DNA of 64,000 nt. Origin: Catajapyx aquilonaris (taxonomy: Eukaryota). Positions within the stretch are counted from its first letter, which is position 1, and every line of letters begins with the position of its first letter. The stretch lies in the NCBI GenBank assembly GCA_000934665.2, contig KZ538029.1, positions 62,001 to 126,000 of the forward strand, written 5' to 3'. The notes beneath the pieces are model-generated. The model saw nothing but the letters and a program-made list of their open reading frames with translations. It did no database searches and was not told where the DNA came from. This document shows, piece by piece, positions 36,901 to 48,900 of this stretch. Position numbers and translations under genes: made by a program.

Positions 36901-39900
36901 TATAATATCCACATTGAGTAGTAGTACTGATAAATAGCAGCAACAGACATTGTAAAATACTTTGAGTAGTTTTCGGCTAAATTAGATGATTCTCCATAAA
37001 AGCGGCCTGTTAAATTATTGTGTGGATTTGCAAAATTCCAAATATCTCTCAACTGACTTTGAAAAATTCGTTCACATTTTTGGTTTACAGAATTTTCCCC
37101 CACCATCAAAACATTTTGAGACACTGTAGAGGTGTTTCCCGAAAAACATCAATGTGCAAGCAAATAGGAGGCAAGAACATAACATTTTCTTGCCCGATGC
37201 AGCGTCAAAAACTTTGTACCCACCGTTTTATGGCGCGCAGTTTTTTTAAAAAAATTGAAGCATACACACCCATGCATAGACATATAAAACGAAATAGATT
37301 GGGATGCAAGAAAAAGCAGACAAGAGAGTAAAAATCTGAACAAGCAAGGTAGACTCTATGGGCTCTAAAGCAGCTATATCAAAGGGGAATATATTGATCC
37401 AACCAACACATTGACGAGATCCCAGGACTTACCCAGCTAGGTCAGACCAGCACAGACCCTAGTAGGTCAGGAGGGTGACCCCAGATGACCAGGCGACCCC
37501 AGAGGGGGGCTCTGGAAAGGCAAAGAAAAAGACCACGCTAAAGGTCACGTTTTCGCTTGCACCGGGCCAGGGTGCCCTCGCTATCAAAAAAAAAAATGAT
37601 ATTTATTTTTTTGAAAAATCTCCCACCGGCCACACAGAAAAAGTGCAACGTCCAAAATAATATTAAAGGAACCGATCCTATTATATCTACAAAAATTTGT
37701 TTTCTTCGGAATTTTGGCTCATCAGCTAGCCTCACATAAGCTGTGACAAGTCCTGGGTTGCTGTCATCTGTTGCATGCTATTTTATATATTTTCGCGGTT
37801 TTTTTTGACGGGGATCTAAGTAGTACCAAATTTGAAAATGTTAACACCGCCATTTATTTTTTTGCAAAAAAGAGTCTAGTGCTCTATGCTTTAAAAAGTC
37901 GGGTGAAAAATAGAGGTGAACCCCCGCACACCATGCTGAGTGGACAAGTGGTCAGCGCGAGGGCAGGAAGGCCATGAAGTACAGTCTAAAAAATGTGGTA
38001 ATTAAAAATAATACTACAACATCACAGGGCTCGCTGCTTGCCCCCTTTTGTTTACACACATGTGTACTTACCCGTTTCACACAACAATATTGAACAATGG
38101 AACTTGGGATTTTTCCATGACTCAATAATTCAAATAATCGCGATTCATTTACCTGTATTGCGGGACAGGAAAGCCTTGTGCTCCGCAACTGAGGTCAAAA
38201 GCCTGACCTTCCCTTATCTTTCGAAACAGCTTAGCTTCTCCCAGGTAGCGAGGTGACACGCGTCCTTCAGGTTCTGAGGACCAGGAAGTGGGAGGCTCAG
38301 GTTCTAATTCAACCCTCATTGTCACCTATAGCTTCCTTACACTTGAATATTCGTCGGCCATATACAACTAAGGCTTTCATTTCTGAATATGAGTTCAAAT
38401 GAAGCCATCAGGTAAGGTTCTCACCTTGTCATTGGTTTAGGAGAAGCCTGGACTTCACACAGAAGCGCGAATGGACTTCCAGACCTCACGATTTGCTTAT
38501 TAAGGCCGTCTCCTGATGCCTTGGGAGCCGTTTTGCCCACAGGTTCTAAAAACCAAATAGGTCCGGATTTGTTTTTTAAAAAAAGAAAAAAAAGAGTGCG
38601 TTGGTGCCAGGGTTTTAAGGTGGGAAGAACCTGCTGTTCCAACCTATGTCGCGGTAGACTTTTAGGGGTCCCGAGAGAGACCAAGAGGAGATGCGGGACT
38701 TGACTGTGCTCAAAGGCGGAGAAGGGGAAAAAAGAAATAGTCTCTTACCTGGTGCTTGGAAGTGGATGAGCCTGAACCTCGCATAAAAGAGCCATGGAGG
38801 ATCCCACCCTTCCCTTCTCACGTTGCCAACCGTCCCCGGACACTTTGGGCGCCGTTTTGCCAATTGGCTCTGAGAGGAAAAAAAACCGTTGCAAAGCCTC
38901 GCCTGATTCGTTATGTTTCGGGGAATCGTTTTTATCACGATCCAACTAATGGAATCTGTATAGGGTGCTTAATATTCGTGTCGACCTACATGCTGCCTGG
39001 AATGTCCTATCTCGCCCAATGTCCTCACCTTATTTGAGGGGTAGGAAAACCTTGCGCGGGACACAGAATCGTAATAGGTTGACCAGCTGGCTGGGAGTTG
39101 CCCTCAAATCGCTCCTTGGTAACACGAGGTCGCAAGTTGCCTGTAGGCTCTGATGGAATGGATGATGTCCAAGGAAAGGAGAAAAGAAAACAAAAAAAGT
39201 AGTAATCCCCTGCCCTCACCTGAATATGGGTACAGGAAATCCCGTGACCTCACAGGTCATGGCGGTGGTGGACCCTTGGAATACCCTTTGAAGCAAACTG
39301 CCCGATATCTCCCTCCCAGCCTTCTTCGGAGGCACGCTGCTTGACGGCTCTGTGGTGCCCAAATTATACGCAGAAAAAAAACCAATTAAGGGCCAGTTGC
39401 ATCAACACAAATTTAAAGAACAAAGGTGGAATTTTTGTCCCACAGCTAGTTATGCTGCTAACTTAGCAGTACCCATGTTAGGATGGTTACTGCTATACGT
39501 TAGCAGTAACTAGCAATGGGACGAAAATTCCACCCCAAATCTGTAAAATGTGTATCGTTATATGCAGTGTGTTCCAATTGAAATTGAGCGATTTTTGTGA
39601 AAGCTAATATTTGCGATAATATCTCAAGTAGATGCTGAAAATAAGCAGCTTAGTTCAACAATAGGAACACACTGTAATATTAGCAATATTTAATCAACTT
39701 TTAAGTTGGGTCGATGCAACCTTCCCTACAGCCTGGTTACCAAAATTTTAAGAAGATGTCGGATTTTTATATTGTTATTGCCTAATCATAATATTGGAGA
39801 TATTTCATTGCGTTTGTGAAACTGGGCCTAGGTCGCGCTCGAGATACGGTAACCCCTGCCGGTTTGATCTAATTTTCGGAGACTCACCTGTTGATTCAGC

Positions 39901-42900
39901 TCTAGGGTATAATGACCACGAGGCTTACCTGAAGATTGGGACTGGAAAACCCGTGACGTCGCAAGGCATGGCTGCGGATTGACCCAGGGTCACTATACGG
40001 AGCAGACTGCCCTGGATCTGCTGACCCGCTTTGCGTGGAACCACACTACTCGTCGGTTCTAATGGGGATCAGGAAATAAGTGGGGGAAATAGGGCTCGTT
40101 TCGTTGCACTGCACCAGTTTTATGACACCAAATTAGGGTCAAATCTCGGATTATATATATTAATCTGCGGTTTGCGATTCGACCCGCCTTAATCTCTCAG
40201 GGAGACAAATCTCACCTGAAGAGCGGAAGAGGATAAGCCTGAGCCTGACAGGATAGTGTGGTGGAATCCCCTACAGAAGTCTCCACCAATATTCCCGCCA
40301 CCATTTTAACACCAATCAGCCTGGGAGGAACCTTCCCATGCGGTTCTGCAAGTGATAAATGTCAACCCAACGATGCGAGGAAGTTGCCCCAAGTTATCAC
40401 AAGGAGGTGTGGGTATGTGAGCAGGCCTACTTACTTGAAATGAACATTGGCAACCCAGCCCAGTGTTACATTTCAAGTAAGTGGCCTTCAGATTATATGG
40501 AGAATTTTTTTCCCTGCTCTCTAATTAATTACGGCCTGGATGTGGGTGTGGTACAACCCCGCCCCATCTGACTCCTTACTTGTAAATGGCCACGGGGAAG
40601 GCCTGTATGTCGCATAGGAGTGCCAACCGCGCACCATATTCGGTTCCCTGGGTCAGCAAACGCACCTTGCTGTCTTTCAAACTGGGAGACACGCTCGTCT
40701 GTGGCTCTGTAACAATACATCACGCGTTTTGTTACGCTTAAGAAGCTGCCTAGATTCAGTGACCCAAGAGCCGCCCTTATGTGATATGGGTACCCCCGTC
40801 GTTTGTGTGATGTCCAGTCATTTCCAGGAGTAAGGTAGCAGACCTGAAGCTCAAATAGCCTCCAAGAGAGGCGCTCCTCCACAAAATGGCCGCCTGCTAG
40901 GCCTAGGACTAGGCCTAGCAGGCAACCATTTTGTGGAGGAAGAAAGGAGCGCCTCTCTTGGCGGCTAGTGTGGCCTTCAAGTCTGCTACCTTACTCCTGG
41001 AAGTGACTGTACCGGCCTACCTAACGATCGGTGCTGGCCATGCTTGAGCGAGACATTGCAGCGCACCTGGTCGGCCCGTCTGAACCAGCTCCTTACGAAA
41101 TCCAAACTTGTCGTCCTGAAGTCGCGGAGCTACTCTCGCCTGAGGCTCTGTAAATTATTATGCACCAGGTTAATCACTCCCGAGACCCCACGGTAACCTC
41201 TGATTTACTATTAGCCGTTTTACCAGCAGGAAACATCTGGTAGGGGGTCTATTGATTTCTATGACAAAATTGTACTGGAAGCGTCGTACCGGTATACAGG
41301 GACAGGGAACCCTTGCACGGGGCACACCATGATAAGTTTCTGATTTTTGGACGCCTTCAGTTTGATCCCGGTGGATTGGTCATCTTTGACCCTAGGAGCC
41401 ATGCTGGTCTGGGGTTCTGGAATTGGGAGGAAAAACCAAGGATGAGGGATGTCGTGTTACCTGAACGACGGAGTAGGGAACCCCTGCAATGAGCAGAGCA
41501 TGGTCGCGCGTAGTCCGGCCCGTACCGTCCTTCTGACTACCACCACCTCTTCCTGGCCCAGAGCTCGAGGAGCCACGCTGCCCTGCGGTTCTGTACCAGC
41601 CCCCGAAAAAAAAGAGGAAGACCTATTACCTGTACAGGGGAGTGGGGAATGCCTGGACCACGCATGTCATGGACACAGATTGACCCTTCCCTGCAGTCTG
41701 TCTGGCCACCGCCACTCCCTTGTCCTGCAACTGGGGCTTTACACTGGCCTGCGGCTCTGAAAATCATCACAAGTCCTTCTATTGCCTAGTGTGCGAGGAA
41801 CTACCTGAATATGGGGAAAGGGTATCCCTGCACCACGCAGAGGAGGGCCGCAGTGCCACCCCGGTACGTCCCTTTCCTGGTAGCCACCACGTCCTTGTCC
41901 TGTACTTTGGGTGCCACGCTTGTCTGCGGTTCTGCATAGAGGACCGTGGTTGAACCGTAGTTAAGGCCTGTTTGCGCCCTCACTATTTGAGATCAGTCGC
42001 ACGACCGACAAAAATGGGTTCCCCTAGGTCCCCCAGACTTAGGGGAACCCATTTTTGTCGGTCGCAAAGCGTCTGGTCGTATACGACTGAGGCTCAAATC
42101 GTGAGCACGTAAACAGGTCTTTGCATATGATTGGGTCAGGAAAGGGTTCGAGCCTGCTGTCGTCCGAGGAGCCAATGGAGCTTACCTTACACTCAATTGG
42201 TCCAGGATGTTTCTTATTTTTTTTAACACCCTGGGTCGCCCTGGGTACTCAACATAATTATGCTACTCTTGCAAGGTGCCAGTACTCACCGGAATATAAG
42301 AAGAGGGAATCCCTGGGCCTCGCAAGTGAGTGCCATCATTTTTCCAGCTGTTGCAGCGATTTTAAACTGGCTAGATTTGCTGTCGTGAACCCGGGGTGCC
42401 ACGCTAGTCTGCGGTTCTGTAGGTCGTACAGTGCGTTACTACGTTATCTAACAGTGCAGGGGCCCCCTACAGATGCTCTCCGAGGAATGACGATAGTGTG
42501 TGGAACTGTACTCACCGGAATATGAGAAGCGGGTATCCCTGGGCCTCGCAAGTGAGTGCTAGTACTTTCCCATCGGTTGCTACCATCTTAAACCCGCTAG
42601 ACTTGCTGTCGTGGACTCGGGGTGCCACGCTAGTCTGCGGCTCTGTAGGCCGGTTTAATTACTCGTTACAATATTTCAATAAGGGTGGGGTCAGAAAAGG
42701 GGACACCTAGCTGCTCTTCTCCGAGGAATCTCGACCGATTTTTAGACACTCACCGGAATATAAGAAGTGGGAATCCCTGGGCTTCACATGTGAGGGCCAG
42801 GACTTTACCAGAAGTTGCCATCATTTTGAACCCGCTAGCTTTGTTGTCGTGAACCCGAGGCGCCACACTCGTCTGGGGCTCTGAATTTTTTGGTGGCAAT

Positions 42901-45900
42901 ATTTGTAATAAATGCAAAAATCTCACCTGAATATCGGGACGGGCTGACCCTGCGCTTCGCACAGGAATGTAACGCCCGAATTTAACGACTTTGTCAAAAA
43001 GTCAAACTTTCCGCGTGGGGGAACACGAGGTGGAACGCTTCCTACGGGATCTGCAAGAAGGGGTGGTCGGACCTGTGGCACAATCCCTAATATGCTACCC
43101 AAAAAAAGTCACCTGTAGATCGGGACTGGAAATCCCTGTCCGTCGCAGAGGATACTGAAGGCACTTCGTTCTGTTTGGACGATGTGAGGTCGGGTGAGCA
43201 TCGGGAATTTGGGAGCCACGCTGCCCGCGGGTTCTAGAGAGGGGGGGGNGGGGGGTATTAAGTAGGTAATGTCGCGCGTGCTATACACCCTATTCGGCAC
43301 TTGGTATTCCCTGCCGTGTGCTCCGAACTTTAAGCAGTTGTCCTGACCTGAATGAAGGTACCGGATAAGCTTGACCTTCGCAGAGCAGGGCGAAACCTAG
43401 TCCTTGCTCCACGTCAAACGCGTCCGATTTGGCTGATCTTGGCAGCTTCGGTGACACCTTCCCGACGGGTTCTGCCAGATTTACATGACTCGATATAAGA
43501 TGGTGCAACACCCCCCTACCTGAATGACGGGACAGGGTACGCCTGGGCCTCGCAAAGTAGACCCATACCGATTCCAGACAAGACTTGGAAGGAGTTAGAC
43601 TTGGCCAGCTTAGGCAAGGTTGGAGGAACTCGGCTGATAGGTTCTGGGGTGCGGCACAGGACAAAGGGAATTAGTCTGATGGATATTAACGATTATCTAT
43701 ATAAAACATCTATGATATTAAAATCGTAGTGGGTCTGTATGGTTATAAATGCCTTCTGATTGATCTGCCGCATATTGTTACCGCAACGCTTCTGATTTGC
43801 CCACGTTCAGCGCATGCGCAATGGGGTGGAGACAGCGCCTCTGGTGGGTGGAAGGGGGAACTGCTCATTCGACCTTCCATTTACACCTCCCACCCATCAC
43901 TGAATTGTTGCCTAGTTGGCACGGGTTGTTGACAGTCAGTTCTTGCAACCTCAGGAATTGTTCGAAGGCCAAAGCGATTAACAATATGTGGCCTCCACCA
44001 CCGTACGCCGCAGACCTAGAAAAATGCGAGCTAACAGAGGGTTTTTCTAGTTTGGTATGAAACTGACAGGTGGTCTTCATTAAAAAACCAAATGCAACGT
44101 GTACTACATGGGTGCACCTTTTAATATTTGACGACGATCAGCATTGTTTACGCACTGTCCTACTACCCTCCGGACTTAAAATATCTCATTCAGATATTGC
44201 TGTTATGCAGCCCGCCTATTCCTGTATACATAGAGGGGGAGTCCCCTATTTTGAGAAGTGCATGGACGGGCTTGGCCATATCGAACTGCATCACATATTG
44301 ACAAGTCACGCACAAACGATGGCGTTTCCTGACCTGAATGCGGGAGTGGGGAAACCCTGTGCCTCACACAGCAGGCTAAATCCTGAGCCCCTTCCAACGT
44401 CGTATGCGTTGATCTTGGCCGACTTTGGAGTACGAGGAGCCACTCTCGACTGCGGTTCTGCCAGCGATTCATAAAAAAAGAATTTAAGAAGAAAAGGCCC
44501 GTCTCATCCCATCCCAAATGTCTGGGTGCGTCGAGCACTCGAGCTATATAGGAAATCCCTGCCGTCTTTATCGCCTAATATGCTATTGGTTCAAATCAGT
44601 ATCCGAAGTATGCAATACCTGATTGAGGGTATAGGATGACCCTGAGCTGGGCATAGCAGAGAAAAGGCTTCTCCTCGTTTACGACGAAACGCAAGTGACG
44701 TGGTATCAGAAGAAAACTTGGGGGCTGCAGCACCCATGGGCTCTGTTGGCAAAATTTTAGGACGCTTCTATTATACTGACTCCTAATAATTATTGGAAAG
44801 CGGGAAAGGGCACCCCCAAAATAAATCCGAGGAATTAATATCGTTATACCTGATGGAAGGTACCGGATGACCCTGTGCCGGACACAGGAGGACAATAGGT
44901 TCGTGGCTCTTCTTCTCGAATGTCAGTGAACGTGCGTCGGTGGATAGCTTGGGAGCTGCGCTACCACTAGGCTCTGCAAACCCGGAACGCTAACAGATTA
45001 TGATTGGCCAGGAAAATCCGGATATTAAATAATATACCCAAGTATATAGATAAGCGCAATTCATGAAGTTTTCTCTAAGGGTAAACCAATGAGCCACCTT
45101 TTCCTCTGGTGATGTGGACAAGTGAACCACTTTGTAATAGAAAAAAAACCAGTCTATATACAGTAAGTACGCGGATAGAGACACGTTGCACTAACTTTGC
45201 AAACAAATCCGATGCAGAATGATTGGCATGCACATAAGAGCATACAGAATTAGGTCATACCCGTCAACCGTAATTGACTTATGGATTGCACTGCAGGGTG
45301 ACTCTAAAGTCTGGACACATGTAATTGTAGGTGTATTGTTGGTCTCCAGTTGTGCCAGTTGACAGTCTGAGTTGGCACAGTTGGAAACCAACAATACAAT
45401 CCAATTACCAATGTGTGCATCATTTAGTCACCCTGTAGTACCGCCTGCACAGTAGACAGTTCTGTGATACAAGAGAGTCACTTAGGTTATCTAACTGCCA
45501 GGATAAGCACGAGTAAGAACATGCTCTTATTGCTCTAATACTGAGGTAAATTACACCTGCATGGGGCATGTATTAATGCCCCGCTTTTAATTAAGCTCCT
45601 TAGGACACGCTAATGGCTGCCATTTATTACCGTGTCCTGATAAAACACGAAAATAATTACCGTTATTTGGCCTGTAACACTGCGGGTACAGCATGGCCAC
45701 AATGGCGGCACGTCTGTGCCTCCCCGGGGTAGGAACAAGGTATAATGGCGCAAGGTCTGAATGCTTATGCTTCATTGATCTTTGTTCAAAGTTTCTATTA
45801 GATCCACTAATCAGAGAGGCAGAGTGGCCCATTGTTGCTGTAATGTCATGAATTGCGTAGGTTATGTGCCCTGTGGAGATTGACCCCCCTAATTGCGCAA

Positions 45901-48900
45901 TTGTGTAATAAGGTGTGCAATGATCCCCCCCAAAGACTTTTTACCTGAAAGATGGGACCGGGTAACCCTGCGCGGGACAAGTAAGTGTGAACCCATTGTT
46001 GGAAGGCACTTTCGAGGAGTGGATTCTGTCTTCCGAGGGTAACTTTGGTGATGCGCTGCCCATTGGTTCTATCGAGGGTTTTGGTAATTTTTGGAGGACA
46101 ATTTTGAGCATTACCTGAATGCTGGGACTGGGAACCCCTGCGCGGGACACATGAGGGAAAAACCGCTGCCTGATCGGCGACGGAAGACGTTTCCCAGAGA
46201 GTCCGATTGAAATTTTGGAGACGAGCTGCCTATGGGTTCTATGGGAGTTTGGGTTGGATATGGATGGGGAAAGGACAACTCATCAACAACTATAGATAAA
46301 TTATTTTACGAGCGCAACCTAGTGCGCACCCACACTCGCGCAGTTCTGACAACAACGTTGCCACAGCTACTTCTCAGGAACCTCTAAAAGGTTCGTTCCA
46401 GTTGGCAACGTCGCAAAAGTCGGCCATATTGTTACCCCCTGCTCGAACTGTGTTGCGCAGTCGGTTGCGCTCATGAAAATATACCCATAGAAAATTGCAG
46501 GCAGTAAGTTTTCGACCTCAGTTCGGTTACAATATAATTCCATTTTTCTGTATGATTGTGACATAATAAAGCACAAAGTTTGTCTGTATGTCCGGGCTAC
46601 CTAACCCACTTTCGGACTACTGAGAGTACTGATTGCGGGAAAAGTCCGAAAACCGCACTTTCTTGAGCTCTAATACGACCCAAAAGGATTTGATCTAGTT
46701 GCACATAAATGACATCGACGTAATTATCCGCGCAATTTATCTCCCAAAAATTTCGAGACGTTATAGAGAGGCTACCTGAAAGACGGCACAGGGTATCCTT
46801 GTGCAGGACAGAGTATTGTGACGCCTACTCCTGCTTGGTATTGAAACGCGTTGGTTCCTCTATTCGAGCTAGGAAGCTTAGGCGCGGCGCTACCCATGGG
46901 TTCTGTGCAAAAGTTTTGAGGGTTCACCGGCGACCAGATTTAAGTGTGGGTACAGGGTGGCACAACACACCTGAAGGCAGGGACAGGAAACCCCTGCGCT
47001 GGACAGACCAGAGCGAATCCGGACTTGATCTCTTTGACGAAAAGGTTGGCTCGAGACTCCACGGGAATGCGAGGTGCCGCGCTGCCCATGGGCTCTTGAG
47101 GTGGGATGGAGGAGGAAGGGTCAAAGGTCAAAATTTCGAAAAAATTCCGGTATGTTGTGGCTAATAACGAGTCCACTTACCTGTATACTGCTGTCCTGGT
47201 CATTAATCGACTTGGATAGGAAGAGAAGGAAAGGGTCTAAACTTTCAGAATCCCAACCTCCCTGCCCTGGGCCAACTCCCTCTCCTCTTTAAAAAAAATT
47301 GCAAAAATATTTGCACGGTTTTCGACCATTTTATCCCCCCCTCTAAAAATTTTGTGAAATTGGTGCCAATGGTCTTCCTCGGAGCGGAACGGCAGGGGTA
47401 CCCTATCCCGACATCCAGGCAACTTCCAGTTTTGGAGACGATGGTCCGAGGTTTGAAGTCGGGTCGTCGTCTCCAATACTCGACACACACTTAAGTCTAA
47501 AAAGAATTTCCCCCATGCTAATTTCTTACAACGTGAGCGAACTTGGGTCATGCCAATTTAATGAAAACGCTCATTTAATTTTTTTAAATTTACAAACTTC
47601 GGAATAATGTGACCAAATTTGCTTCAGGTGTTTGCGATTCATGTTCAAGTAAGACTTGGCAGTACATTTTGACTTGCAATAGAGTAGCTTGTGTTTCATA
47701 CACTGCTCATTTTGGAATCAACAGGAGGAAAATTTTGGAGCAATATGTTTCATTTTCGTAGATATTTTTACATTAAGTGCATGCAATTTTAGGAGTACAT
47801 TTAGTCACATTATTCGTGTAGTGATTTAAAAATTTACGCACTGGCCAATGCAAATCCCCAGTTACATCTTTAGTGCTGGTTGGCCAATTTTGTTTTTGGC
47901 AAAACAATGGTGATAAACTCACCGGTGATGACTAGTCGTCCAGCAGTTGCACTTAGACGAGTTTCTCCAGTTAAACGATGCTTGGTCTGGCAGCGGTATG
48001 ACTTGTATCCGTCCTCTGGTCCAACATCACGGATGTGCAATTCTCCGGAAGGTAGCACAAGATATTTTCCATCTGTGTTGCACGAAGATGGGAGGGGTGG
48101 AAAGAATTGAACAGTACATTAGATAAAAGTTGTGAATATTATTTTTTTGTTCTAAAATATTTCTGAATCGCAAGATGGGACAGTGATAATTTCACTTTTT
48201 AAGAGTCGCATGTGTACTTGAATTCAAGTTGAATGTTTGAAGCATCACAGTCCAGATCCATAGATTCTATCAATGATTGCATGCTAATAGGTCATTCTTG
48301 ATAAGGACTTTTGCACGTGACTCTTTGTGTGCAGAGCAGAATTAGTTTAGAACAAAACCCCTCTTGGCACTGTTTACACCAAGGCTATTCAAGTCCTTAT
48401 CAAAAATCAGGAAACCAAAACGTACAGACACGCAAGAGATGCTTCTACAAACTACTCTGTAACAAACCAAAAAAAAATGCAAAGTTAATATCCCAGCAGG
48501 ATGAGGGAGAAAACAATGCCAGCTAATATGGAAAACGCATGCAATGTCGCGTCTGTACGTCCACACCGACACAATAATAATACTCGCAACGGCCGAAGGA
48601 AGAAATAACGCAGGGTTTGGGTATGACTTGCCAATGATTTTTTTTCGGACACTTTAAATAGTTTAAAACGAACCCTTCAAATACAGGAAAATCTTCCCTC
48701 AGCCTTAGCCTCCAGGAAGATGTGTGCTTTTGGGCTGTGAAAAATCTCGAATCTTCAGTACAATCGGTTAATCCCATAAGATGACTTCTTAGTAACCTGA
48801 TCGCCTAATCTTCATGGAAGCTTTTTTTTCCACAGTGTTTGAAAAGCGTGGTTAGAAAGGGAGATGTGCCAAAATTTAAGACGGTTCACATCTTCCTTTC

